From Stegostoma tigrinum (Eukaryota), in NCBI RefSeq assembly GCF_030684315.1, contig NC_081360.1:28503818-28567817 (forward strand): a DNA stretch of 64,000 nt, read 5' to 3'. The position numbers and the translations under genes were made by a program. Below, piece by piece: positions 39,366 through 52,299 of the stretch (positions within the stretch are counted from its first letter, which is position 1; every line of letters begins with the position of its first letter). The notes beneath the pieces are model-generated. The model saw only the letters and a list, made by a program, of their open reading frames with translations. It searched no databases and was not told the DNA's origin.

Positions 39366-40129
39366 ACAATAAGTTCAGAAGCTGTAGGCAGGAGCTTCCT
39401 TGTACCCGGTGAAGTAAGCACTTCACTGAACCAAAGTAAAAGTTTCATACTTTCTTGGAAGGTTGTATGTTAGTGTCATTTTGAGTACCTGAGCTAGTAT
39501 GTGCTATTTTGGATTACTCTGAATGCTGTACACTGATTTGAATAGGCACCTTAAGCTGTTACGATACATTGATCTCATCAGCAATGTTCTGTACACGTTG
39601 TACCACCTCTTGGGAGTGGAAACTTGATATTTTGTTCTATTAAATTTTGGCCTCTTACTTTTTGATCATATAACAACAGTGACATTGTTGTAAATTGGGA
39701 CTTACTGAAGAGGTGAAGTGCTGCATGTAGATACAAGTTAATTAATGTGTTTATGTAGTTGCTTATTGTAATTGTGGACATCAATGATAACTTGCTCTCT
39801 GCAATCCCTGAATGCTGTTTTTGTAATTTGCCTCGTTGTGATAAAATTAGATGCAATTACATAATTGTTCTGTGAACAGAATGGTTCCAGAACTGCAGGG
39901 GAAGAAGAAACCTCTTTGAGAGCAGTCACGCTTAAAAACTCTTCAGGATTGGTAAGACGGAATAAACATGAGAGTTAAAATCCCTAATGGAGACTACATT
40001 GAAAGTGGGCAGGAACAGCAAATCAAACCATTCTGATTCTATTATTTCTTAAGAATAAGAATTGGAAGGAAAGTCATCTTGTGTGCATTGACAAACATTT
40101 GAGTTTTATTGTTGTCTATCTGATGACTA

Positions 40130-40640
40130 TAGAATACATTCCTAGAACATTATAGCACAAAGGAGGTCATTTCGTCTATTAAACATACGCCAGCTTTTAC
40201 TGCCCAATTGCATCCTAGCTTTTTCCCCATAAACTTCTAAATTGGTAATATTTAAGTTTGTGTTCCATCCTCTCTTCAAAGTTCCAGTGAGAACTCATTC
40301 TACTGACCTTACAGATAGGGTGTTCTTGGCCATACTCATCCCCCAAAATGAAGGTATTTATTCTAAATAGCCTGCAGCTTTGTTGCCTTTTTTAACCATT
40401 GGCCTCTGGTTACAGACACACCTGTCAGAGAAGAGAGTTTCTCCTACTTCCACTATTAAAACCCCTCAACTTTGAATACTTTTATTGTGGTTCCCCTTAA
40501 TCTGCTTTGCCTAACAGAAAACACACCTAACTTCTCCAACCTCGCCACTTCAGCAATTTCTACGTTCCTATATCGTCATGATAAATCTCCTGCATGCACT
40601 CTAGAAGATCTTGACACCTTGCAAATGTATTGTCTCATGT
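40130..40640 (-). mobile_element. Degraded CR1 3' end
   Basis: TAGAA..ACAGCACA-type tail and decayed antisense ORF2 end. Confidence 0.5.
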
Positions 40641-41329
40641 AAATTATATGACGAAATTTTATAATGTAGAGGTGAGAGTCAACTTAATAAAAATGCCAGA
40701 CAAAACATGACATTTTTGCAAATATGATATTTTTCTCTTACTAGTGTAACTAGTTTTGTTTCCAATTTCAGTAAGACAGGCAAGTAACAATGACAGAAAT
40801 TATAAATGACTATTATTGCTATTTTCACCCATTTCAAAACTTTATCCTATTTGCAACTAAACATACAGAGTAGTTTGAATGGCACAAGGAAAATTTGTTA
40901 TCCAGCATTATACCCTACAGTTCATTTATGTGATTGTCATTGTATATTGTAGGCAGTTTGGACTATGGCCAAGATGTGTATTTTACACCAACGGTTTGAA
41001 TATGTTTACAACTTAAGAATGGCATAGGAAAAAGATGTCCATTTCATGAAATACTGGCACAGCACTGGAGAGGACGCATCTCACACTTGGCATGAGGTCC
41101 ACTTGAGTGAGACTAGTTTCCTAGCAGAAAGTATGAAAAGAGCTGCCAGTAGGATGTTCAGCATGTACGATGGGCGAAGGCATCAGGCAAAAACAAGATA
41201 AGCCTGAAGGTGAATGAAATGAGCGATGAGAGTAAAAGTTAAACCAAGACAGGGAGCAAGGATAATAGATAGTTCAGGAAGCAAATACATTTATAAACCA
41301 GATATATAAAATGACTGTTAAAATAACAT

Positions 41330-42530
41330 AAAATGAATAATTATGGAAGACAAATTAAACTGCCAGTACAGTATCTAAATAATATGGGGAACTGGATGTA
41401 ATAATCCATAGAAAGAGACCAAACATGCTGGAATAATGGTAATGTCAAATAAAGAGCATGACTGACAACTAAATGTTACAGATATTAGCATAGTCAGAAA
41501 GGATGGAGGGCTGGATTAGTTTAGGATTATGTTCAGCATGGACTGGTTGGATCAAAGGATCTGTTTCCGTGCTGTTTAACTCTATGACAGGGAATAGAAA
41601 ATGTTTGGGGGTAACTGCACAGAGTAAACACAACATCGTGACAGAAGATAAAAGTGACGTGTAATAGATGGTTAGAAACTGAATTTACATGGATTGAAAT
41701 AATAGATCAGGTATCTGTCATACTGAGCGAGAGTGTACATAGAAAATAGGGACAGGATTAGACCATTCAGCCCTTCGAGCCTGCACCACCATTCAATACG
41801 ATCATGGCTGATCATGCAGTTTCAGTATCTTACTCCCACTTTCTGTCCATACCCTTTGCCTTTAGTTGCACCGAATATCTCCAACTTCCTTTAGAATATA
41901 TCTAATGATCTGGTCCCAGAAGTTTTCTACAGTACTACAACATAGCTGAAAGACAAAAGATGATGGAGAAAGAAATATGTAAATAATCACCTGAAGTTAA
42001 TGAAGTACATGGAACAATAACCATATAGACAGATAACAAGAAGGAATGGAGCTCTGCATTGCTAACAGAATTCCTGTGTTACCCAATGTATAAAATCCAA
42101 GCATGTAAGGGAGCATTACTGTATCCAGTAATGGAAAATGAACTAAACAAATGAGAGAATAGCAGTAAATCCAAGCCATAGAAATCATAACACGGTCATT
42201 TAAAATAATGAGTGAGAAGGGCTTGAGTATTGAGTTGAACAAAGCTGGATCAGAATAGAAGTAGGGAAATAAACTATAAACATTCATTGAGTATAGAAAT
42301 AAAGTATTTTAAATCTTGATCAACAGAGTCCAGGAGAAAAATGTCCCAGTAAAGCAAGAAAAAAGTAGCTAATAATGAAACATCAGAGATGAACAAAGAA
42401 ATGAGCTGAATTAAGAATAAAGAAAGCATATGCTAAGTACAGCAGAAAAAGAGGAGAGCATGACAAAGTTTAGAAAAAAATGTTGGCAATCAAATCAAAA
42501 AGTAATTAGCAGTGAAAAACTTCAGAATTA
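41330..42530 (+). mobile_element. Ancient CR1 endonuclease/linker remnant with nested CR1 tails (~41510-41590 +, ~41737-41930 -)
   Basis: A-rich decayed ORF2; recognisable 3' UTR pieces. Confidence 0.5.
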
Positions 42531-42778
42531 AATTTTTGAAGAATAATTTTTAAAAATCTATATTGATCTATATATTTTGTTTAGCCAAACTACTCATTTA
42601 CCCTGTTTTTAAGGAGCGTGTTTGGGCTTGGCTTTATTTGGCAGGCATTGCCAACAACAAATAGAGGTTTGTAGGGCACTTGGAGAATGAGAGCACATGG
42701 TGCATGTGTGGATGCTAGTCATTGATGCTGATGGTCGCAAAGGGGTAGGGAATAAAAATAGTAAAAGGTAAGAGAGCA

Positions 42779-42881
42779 AATCTGAGATTTCTGAAGAAGG
42801 TTCTCGGCCCAAAACGTCGTCTTTCCTGCTCCTCTGCTGCTTGGCCTGTTGTGTTCATCCAGCTCAACACCTTGTAATCTC
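42779..42881 (+). mobile_element. PLE terminal repeat with mutated hammerhead
   Basis: CTGAAGAAGGTTCTCGGCCCAAAACGTC, preceded by a short inverted AATCTGAGAT. Confidence 0.75.
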
Positions 42882-43184
42882 ATTTAGGAAATTAAAGGTT
42901 TTTTTGTGATGATAAATGCTAAAAGTTTTGGTATATTTAAGGAAATAAACTATTCCTTAAATAATACTCAATGGATCATATGTAAATTTGCCTTACAACT
43001 CGAGAGAAAATCAATCGTAAATAGACTTTCACATTCAATGAGTCTAACCGCAACACTAAGTAAAATTTGATAAGATTTCTATTCATAATCCTGGCTTTTG
43101 TATACATGAACAACTTTTTGTAGCTTTTCCCGCAGAAGGATTTTTGCTTTTATTAAAGAATGAAAGAATAATTAGAATATTTTT

Positions 43185-43950
43185 TAATTCACTCATGGGG
43201 ACGTGGGCATCATTGGCTGGGCCAGTATTTATTTCCTCTCAGTAGCTGCCTTTGAAGGTGGCAGTGAGCTGTCGTCTTGAACCACAACAGTTCATTATAG
43301 GTAGACCCACAATGCTGTTAGTGAGGGTGATCCAGGGTTTTGAACCAATGACATTGAAGGGCCAACCACCTATTTCTAAGTCAGGATAGTGAGTGGCTTA
43401 GTGGAAAACTTACAGATGGTGGTGTTTCCATGTATCTGCTGCACTTGTCCTTCCAAATAAGATTGGCCATGGGGTTAGAAGGTACTGTCTTATGTAGTGT
43501 AGATTAATTTCTACTTGCATCCTGTAGTCAATAGTGGAGGGAGTAAGTATTTATCGATTGTGGTACAGTCAAGCTGGGCTACTTTATTCTGGATGCCGCC
43601 AAGCTGCTTGAGTTTCTTCAGATGATTGGTGAAGTATTCTGTCACACACCTGACTTATGTCTTACAGATGGTGGACAGGTTTTGGGGAGTCAGGAGGTAT
43701 GTTATTGCTGCAGGATTCCTAGCCTCTGACCATCTATTGTAAACCCTGTATTTATATGACTAGTCCAGTACTTGCTAATGTTAACCTCCAGGATGTTGAT
43801 AATACAGGATAGTAATGTCAAGAGGTAATGGTTGTAATCAGTCTTTTTAGATATGATCATTGTCTGACGCTTGTGTGGCACCAATGTTACTTACCACTTG
43901 TGAGCCCAAACTGGCTATTGTCCAGGTCTTACTGTATTTAGGCATGAACT
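43185..43950 (-). mobile_element. LINE 3' part (non-CR1-tail family), continuing at ~46320-47600
   Basis: ORF 43702-43884 homologous to 20466-20798. Confidence 0.65.
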
Positions 43951-46320
43951 TTCCCACCTGCTTCAAGAAGACCACTATCATCCCTGTACCTAAGAACGCA
44001 CGTGTAACGTACCTTAATGACTAGCGCCCAGTGGCTGTGATCTCAATAATCATGAAATGCTTCCAGAGGCTGGTTATGGCTCACATCAACTCCAGTCTCC
44101 CAGCCCAAATCAATCCCCTATAATTTGCCTACCAGCGTAACCTGTTCACAGCAGACGCCATATCCATATCCCTAGCCTTGCACTCATCCCTGGAACATCT
44201 CAACATCAAAGATACCTATGCCAGAGTCCTTTTTAACGACAGCTCCGCCTTAAACGCCACTATCCCCTCCAGACTAATCTCAAAACTGGGAGATCCTGGT
44301 CTCAGCTCCACCCTCTGCAACTGGATCCTCTGCTTCCTGATTCACAGGCCACAATCATTAAAGATAGGTAATTGCACCTCCTCCACAATGACACTCAACA
44401 CTGGAGCTCCCCAAGGATGCTTTCTCAGCCCCCACTATACTCCCTGTTCCCCTATGACTGTCTTGCCAAATTCTGAATGAACACCATGTGCTGTGTTTGC
44501 TGCTGATACCACTGTAGACGGATAGATATCTAACAACGATGATTCAAACTACAGAAGGGAGATAGAGGGCCTGGTGATATGGTACAATGAAAACAGTCTG
44601 TCTCTCAACATCAGCAAAACTAAAAGACTGTTCATTGACTTCAGAAAGGAGGAGAACATGCCCCTGTCTACATCAACACAACTGAGGTTGAGAGGGTGAT
44701 GAGCATCAAGTTTCTAGGAGTGATGATAACTGATAACCTGTCCTAGACTTAGACAATAGGTGCTGGAGTAGGCCATTTGGCCCTTCGAGCCAGCACCACC
44801 ATTCATTATGATCGTGGCTGATCATCCACAATCAGTATCCTGTTCCTGCCTTATCCCCACAACCCTTGATTCCACTATCTTTAAGAGCTCTGTCTATCTC
44901 TTCCTTGAAAGTATCCAGCGAGTTGGCCTCCACTGTCTTCTGGGGCAGAGCATTCCATAGATCCACCACTCTCTGGGTGAAGAAGTTTTTCCTCAACTCT
45001 GTTCTAAATGGCCTACCCCTTATGTTTAAACTGTGTCCTCTGGTTCTGGACTTACCCATCAGCGGAGACATGCTTCCTGCCTCCAGAATGTCCAATCCCT
45101 TAATAATCTTAGATGTCGCAATCAGATCCCCTCTCACCCTTCTAAACTCACATGTATACAAGCCCAGTCACTCCAATCTTTCAACATATGATAGTCCTGC
45201 CAATCCGGGAATTGATCTTGTGAACCTACACTGCACTCCCTCAATAGCAAGAATGTCCTTCCTCAAATTTGGAGACCAAAACTGCACTCAACACCCCCGG
45301 TGTGGTCTCAACAGGGCCCTGTACAGCTGCAGAAGGACCTCTTTGCTCCTATACTCAATTCCTCTTGTTATGAAGGCCAGCAAGCCATTAGCTTTCTTCA
45401 CTGCCTGCTGTACCTGCAAGCTTGCTGTCATTGACTGATATACAAGAACACCTAGATCTCATTGTACTCCCCTTTACCTAACTTGAGATAGTAATTTGCC
45501 TTCCTGTTCTTGCCACCAAGGTGGATAAACTCACATTTATCCACATTTTAACTGCATCTGCCATGCATCCGTCCACTCACCTAGCCAGTCCAAGTCACCC
45601 TGTATTCTCATAACATCCTCCTCACATTTCACACTGCCACCCAGCTTTGTGTCATCAGCAAATTTGCTAATATTACTTTTAATACCTTCATCTATGTCAT
45701 TAATGTACCACAGCCATGACTTACCACATAGATGTGACAGTCAATTCGGCACAACAACACCACCTCTTCCTCTGGCAGGCCAGGAAATTTGGCATGTCCA
45801 TAAGGTCCCTCACCAATTTCTACAGATGCACCATTGAAAGCACACTGTCTGGGTGCATAATAGCCCGTTATGGGAACTGCTCTGCACAGGACTGTAAAGA
45901 ACTACAGAAGGTGGTGTACATAGCCCAGACCATCATAGAAGCCAATCTTCCATCCATGGACTCCACTTAAATGGCCTGCTGCAGCAGAAAGGCTGCTAAA
46001 ATCATCAAAGATCCATCGTACTCCAGGAATGATCTTCTGCAACCTCTTCTGTCAGGCAGAAGATACAGAAACCCGAACACGTGCAGGAGCAGGTTCAGGA
46101 GCAGCTTCTTCCCACCCATTATCAGACTGACGAGTGGACTCTCTAGCCTCAAATAACTCTGATCTTGCTAATGTTGATCTCACCTAGCGCACGCCCTGTG
46201 CAATGTAACGTCTATGCCTCTTTCTAAGTGTTTTTGATCTGCACATGCTTTGCTCACTATGGTCTGCCTGCTGGCAAAGCTTTTCACTGTAGTTTGGTAC
46301 ATGTGACAATAATCAATCAA
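43951..46320 (+). mobile_element. Rex1/Babar-like LINE (RT to 3' tail), split by a CR1
   Basis: PTCFKKTTIIPVPK; LCNWIL.FL..RPQ..GAPQGC.LSP; FYRCTIES.L.GCI; (AATC)n tail. Confidence 0.88.
44750..45705 (-). mobile_element. CR1 3' kilobase nested in the Rex1 element
   Basis: ORF 44832-45161 RGDLI..KII.G..RTRGH..FFTQRVV.LWN.LP; antisense FADDTK ~45650. Confidence 0.92.
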
Positions 46321-46500
46321 TTTACTGCATTGTTATCTAGATGCTAGTATTGTAGGTGCACTTGAACACCTTGGTTAGAAGCATGTCAGTTTCTGGAGCA
46401 AACAACTTCATTGCCAAAATGTTGTCAGGACCCACAGCCTTTGCAGTTTTTACTGCCTCAAACAATTTTTGATATCATGCGGAGTAAATCTTATTGGCTG

Positions 46501-46597
46501 ACACAAACACAGAAATTGCTGGAAAAGCTCAGCAGATCTGTCGACATCTGTGAAGAGAGATTAGATTAACATTTCGGATCCGGTGACCCTTCTGCAG
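46501..46597 (-). mobile_element. Second-family PLE terminal repeat
   Basis: TSD ATTGGCTG at 46493-46500 and 46598-46605. Confidence 0.75.
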
Positions 46598-47257
46598 ATT
46601 GGCTGCAGCCTGGTACCCATGATGCTGAGAATCTCTGGAGGAGGCCAAGGTGGATCATCGACTCGGCACATCTGGCTGAAGAAGATTGTCGCAAATACTT
46701 CAGCTTTATGTTTTGCACTAATATGCTGACCACCGCGCCTCCTACACCCCCCCCCCACCCACCAACCTTTCAATGAGTTTGGGGGTTTTTGTCTCCTCCT
46801 GTAAGTGAGTTAGTTGTTCATCAGAATTCACGACGGAATGTGGCAGGATGGCAGAGTTTACACCTGATCTGCTGGCTGTGGAGTCTCTTTGCTCTGCCTG
46901 CCACTTTCCTGCTTATGCTGTCTAGCATGTAACTACTGTGTTGTTAGATGCCAGCCATAAGCTAATTCTGTTGACTCCGCATGATATCAAGAAATAGCTG
47001 CCAGGTTTGCTGAGTTTCTGATTTTTGATTTCCTGGCTTGATGGTCATGGCAGAGAGAGAAATATGCCGAGCCATGTGGCTGCAGATTGTACAGGTGTAT
47101 AATTCTGCCACAGCGCTTGACTCATGGAGCCTCATTGGACGCCCAGTCTTGAATTGCTGGATCTGTTTGGTTTATCTCATTTAGCACACTAATAATTCCA
47201 CAAAGCACAATAAATGGTATTATCAACAGGAAGATGTGGACTTTGTCCCCACAAGGA

Positions 47258-47339
47258 CAATACAGTGGTTACTCTTCCTAATATTGTCACAGATAGGGGT
47301 CAATGTGGTGGTTACCCTTCCTAATATTGTCACAGATAG
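47258..47339. repeat. Tandem duplication, period 43 nt
   Basis: GTGGTTAC(T/C)CTTCCTAATATTGTCACAGATAG twice. Confidence 0.85.
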
Positions 47340-49003
47340 ATGGATCTGCAGCAGGCAGATTGGTGAGGATGCATTACTTCCCTCTTGATTCCCTCACTAC
47401 CAGCCGCAGACCAGGCTGTGGTTCTGATGGGCATTCTGCACCTCCGTGCTTCCTTCAAGCAATGATTTGCATGTGAGAGTACTGATTCCTCAGCCGCGGG
47501 TTTGGCTGGTTATCGACAGAAGATTTTTGAGGTTCCCCTGCCCGTATTTGACTTGAAGCCATGAGACTTCATGAGATCTGGAGTTAGAACTCTCAGGTTA
47601 CGGATGTGACAATCAACAATTGTCATCAGTCAACATGGTACTTCTAATTCCATGTTTTTATTGAATTCAAAATGCTCTCCTATGGCTGCAGTCAAACTCC
47701 AGAACATTGACTGGGTGGCTAGAGAACAAGCTCAGCACAATACAATTACACCATTGCTTCCTTTCTTTGCAATAAAGTTCCTAATTTTATCACAAGTTTT
47801 TGAGGATTTTAGTAGTATTTTACAGACACATAAATTACAAAAGAGAACTCATATAGGGATAAAGGCCATTAAAGATTGCAAACCCTGCTCCTCAGTAATG
47901 ACACTGAAATGACCGTCTTGCTGGGCGAGATTTATATTGTGGGTAGTGATGTAACATGAAGACATCAAAAAAAAAGTTATTTAAGAATGGAAAAGCGGGA
48001 GATAATTAATAAACTCATCAAATATGGACAGCTTAGAAACACTGATCTGAATGGATTGTCTATTCAACCGTAGCAGAAGATCACATTTGAATGTTATAAA
48101 TGGGTTGCATCTATATATATGAAAAGAATGAAATAATTTGGGAAATGGAGTCGTCCAAGAGAGAAAAACATGACAAAATGTAAGCAGAGGTTGGCCCACA
48201 GAACGAGTATTTCTGGTTGACATTTTCAAGCATATGAAAGGGTTGATAGGTAGAATGTATTTCAAATTAAGGTGGAGAGTGGAACTAATATCCACAAATT
48301 TTTAAAAAAGTCACTCATAGTAGAATCAAGAATTCGTGAGAAAACTCTTCACTAGGAGAATGATGGCAATGTAAAACTTAGCACCAAGAAGTAATTGAGG
48401 CAACAAGCATCGATTCATTTATGGATGAGCACATAAGGACTCAGTCATAGAAGGGTTGCTGATGGAGTTAGATGCAGAAGTGTGGGAGGAGCTCGTGAGC
48501 AAGAACACTGGTTTGGACCTGGTGGACAGAATAACCTGTTTCTGTGTTGCAAGTGCCATGTTTTGCTTTGTTAGAGCTTGTACATAAGCCATATTTAGTG
48601 TTGAGTAAGAGCTACATTCATATCCTTTGTTGTTCAGCTTTACTGCCTATAATATAGTTTAGGAAATTTATGGAAAATATTGCACAATCACCTCTAACAA
48701 TTTGTGAATGCTGTGCATGCAAAAACATTGTCTTAGTGTGTTTTTAATATTTCAATTGCATTTATATTCAATGGCTTCGGTGATGGCGTATGGTTATAAT
48801 TATGATCAAAGAGCAGAATATCTTCTATGACTCAGTCAGCACTGGGATGGAGTCTCTAACCAGAGGTGGTTAATCACCACAAAAGATTATTATTTCTGTA
48901 AAAGTAGGTATAAATATACTTAAAGTTAATTGGTACTTGACAAACTGATACAATGCACGTTTGTTGTCAATAGTTTGTATTTATCAGGCTATTTTTTTTA
49001 CAG

Positions 49004-49077
49004 ATTACAACAGTGCCAGGAACACATCCACTTCTCGTGTTTGTGAATCCCAAAAGTGGTGGAAGGCAAGGTGAAAG
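49004..49077 (+). CDS. DGKG: Diacylglycerol kinase exon, start of catalytic domain
   Basis: TTTTTTTTACAG|ATT...GAAAG|GTAAAT; 74 nt, phase 0-2; [24 protein letters not shown](R). Confidence 0.95.
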
Positions 49078-49234
49078 GTAAATGAGAAAATGACGTTATC
49101 AGATCAGAAGAGACACTCATCTAGTATATTTTTATTTGTGGTACTTAATATCTGATGGCTTCTGTGAAGTATTTGAGAAGCAAGCAATAAATACAGCTGT
49201 AATTATGGACTACTTTAAACTGCATGTAGATTGG

Positions 49235-50850
49235 TCATAGATTTCAGCAAAGCAGATCAAAGGGATCAATTAAGAGTGGCAATGTAGAGTACAATGGAAA
49301 CTTCCAGGGAACTTACAGACAGATAGTAAAAGCCTCTTCAGGTATCGGAGGAGAAAAAGATCGATGTAAGGGATTTTTGACTTCAATCAGAAATAGGAGG
49401 AGTTATAATAGGAACCAAATTGATGACAGACCAATTAGATATATATTTTAGTTCTGTCTTCACAAAGGAAGGCACAAATAATGTCCCAAAAATGTTGTGG
49501 GATGTAACGTTTAGTGAAAAAGGAAGTGAAGGAAATCAGTATTAGCAGGGAAATGGTACTGGGGAAATTCTTGGGAATAATGACCAATCCAGTGTCATCC
49601 CAGAGTCATTAGGGAAGTGGTCTTGGTAGATGCATTCATGGTCATCTTTCAAGATTCTGTAGACTTCAGAGCAGTTCCTGTGGATTAGAGAGTGGCTATT
49701 GTAATCCCACTATTTAAAAAGGTCATTAGAAAATGGATTTATAGACCAGTAAACCTGTCATCAATATTTGGGAAAATGCTGGAGTCCATTCCAAATGATT
49801 TATAGCAAAACACTTGGAAAACAGTGACAGGATCAGACAGAGTCAGCATGGATTCCTGAAAGAGAAATCCTGCTGTAGCTAGTAGCATTAAGGGGAAGCC
49901 AGCAGATGTGGATAACTTAGACTTTCAGGCGGCTTTTGATAAGGCCCACGTAAGAGATCAGCATGTAAAAATTAAAGATCATGCGATTAGGGGTATTGTA
50001 CTGGAATGGCTAGAAAACTGGTTAGTAGACAGGATATGTAGGTATAAATGGGTTTTTATAAGATGGTGACTACTGGGGCACAGCAGAGATCAGTCCTTGG
50101 ACCCTGGCTATTCATAATACATAATAATGATTTGGATGAGGGAACTAAATGTAATATTTCCAGTTTTACAACGGCACAAAACTGAGTGGGAGGGTGAGCT
50201 GTGAGGAGAATGCAGAGTTGCTTTAGTGTGATTTGGACAAGCTGAGTGAGTAGGCAAGTAATTGACAGATGAAGTATAATGTAGATAAATGTGAGGTTAT
50301 CCTCTTTGGTAGCAGAAACAGAAGCCAAGTTATTATCTGTGTGGCAGTAGATCGGGAAAGGGAAAGATACAATGAGACCTGGGTGTCCTTGTAAGCATGC
50401 AGCTGGTCTGTTCTCTGGTTGGTCCTCAATCTCTTGATCCAGAAAACAATCCCATACACACTCCAGGATTTCCTTCCTGTTTGTATTGTTACTGATGGGT
50501 TTGCCAATATATATGCAGATTAAAGTCATTCATAAATACAGCAGTACCTTTATTGATTTATATCTATAGTTGCCAACTTAATGCCTTCCCCAACATTACC
50601 ACTACAGATTGGATGGCTGTATGCGACGCCATTATTGTTTTCTGAGCTTTGCTTATCTAAGCACTCCTATACAAATTCTACCTGCTCACTATTGCATTAA
50701 TTAACTCTTTTTAAATAGCAATGCTTTGCCCCCTCCTTTTCCTCTTGGCCTACCTTTCCTAAAAGCCAAATACCGTGGATGTTAAATTCCCAACCTTGAC
50801 TATTCTGCAGCCACATGTCAGTCATTCCAAACATGACCTACCCATTTATA
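49235..50850. mobile_element. Rearranged CR1: linker/RT on + (49235-50400), endonuclease on - (50401-50850)
   Basis: + strand QHGF.K.KSC, DF.AAFDK, INDLDEG; - strand EILECVWDCFLDQ.IEDQP. Confidence 0.75.
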
Positions 50851-51161
50851 TCCATTGCTAATCCTGAGCTCAGAATTTCCCTGCCTAAGCTTCTCTTCCT
50901 CTGTACCCCTCTTCTGCTCTTAGGATGTTCTGTAAAACCTATCTCTTTAACCCAGCTTTGTGCCTTTTGCTGTAATATCTCCTTCTGTGGCTCTGTATCA
51001 AATATTGTTTTATGGTACTCCTTTAAAGAGTTTTGGTGTCAATTTATTACATTAAAAGTGGTCTGTAAAAAGTTAGTATTATAACTGGGGTGAAAGAGAG
51101 ATTATAGTTAGGATGCAAAACGCTTTGTTTTCTGAAAATTGAAAAAAATATTATTTTTCAG

Positions 51162-51236
51162 AGTTCTCCGAAAATTTCAATATCTCCTGAACCCAAGACA
51201 GATTTATAACCTTGACAGGGGTGGACCTGTGCCAGG
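51162..51236 (+). CDS. DGKG: Diacylglycerol kinase catalytic-domain exon
   Basis: TTTTTCAG|AGTT...CCAGG|GTAAGT; 75 nt, phase 2-2; [24 protein letters not shown](G). Confidence 0.95.
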
Positions 51237-51863
51237 GTAAGTGATTGTGCAAGAGTACTTGAAACAGCGGATAATATGTATGCATTGTGGGTTTTTCTTG
51301 ATCATGGGGGAGTCAACTACTTCAGATCTTAAGAGCAAAAGAACTGTTAATACTAATAATCGGCCTCAAATCAACCGATTCCACATATAGCAGAGATTTA
51401 AATGTTTCTGAAAGACCTCTTTTAGTAGTGGGCGAGTACTGTGTTCATATTTTGATTGAAATTTCAAGAGGTTATTAAAAGATTATTTGTCTTGGAAATG
51501 ATAAGTGAGTGCTTGGTATAATACAGCAGTTGAGGATATACTCATTCATATTGAGCATTTGTGTGCAGTCATTAAATGTTTTAGATATACGAACTCTGCT
51601 CAAACCAGCTGCCTGCTTAATAATATCCACACCCTCCCCCCCCCACCCCATGCTGCAGTTGGATGAGCCCTTTGGCTGACTAAGGCAGTAAACCCTAACT
51701 ATAATCCCCCTCACCTCACTGAAGACTGCTCCCTTTTTTGACTTTCCGATATGGCTGTCGGTTGAAGGACATGCAGTGGATTTGTCACATAAGCTGTTGG
51801 CACATGCTGTGAATATGACATTGATGAAGAATGACACCATTCAGTGACAAGTCAACAACCTTC

Positions 51864-52095
51864 TGTAGTGATTGGAATAAGAGACAAGTAGATCTCGTTG
51901 ACCACGAGATCCTTGATTGGGGTTGTTAACCTGGGCCAATCAGAGAGCCCGTGCTGACAGATATAAGCAGGAGATTGAGACAGTCTCCTTGTTCTTGGAC
52001 TGGCGCTGAGCTGGCTGATCAGAGCCCATGTACTGTGCACATGTAAATAAAAGATGACTTAGTGCTATGATACTGGCCTCTGTGCAGTTATTTCA
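51864..52095 (+). mobile_element. Solo LTR (232 bp, Gypsy-like)
   Basis: TG...CA termini, CCAAT, TATAAG, AATAAA in order; flanks CCTTC / CCCTC. Confidence 0.75.
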
Positions 52096-52299
52096 CCCTC
52101 ACTGCCTCGCATAGTAACAAGCTGCCCATCTCTCTCTCTTTGCACTAAAAAACGATGCTAGCAACAGGGTCTGAATCCATCTCATCCAACCTCTTTGGAA
52201 TGCAAATATGGCAGGCAGGAGCCTATTTAAGGAAGACTGGTTTGTTAAATCAAGAGATTACCCACGTCTTCCATGAAAATGCATTGTTTATGGTCCCTA

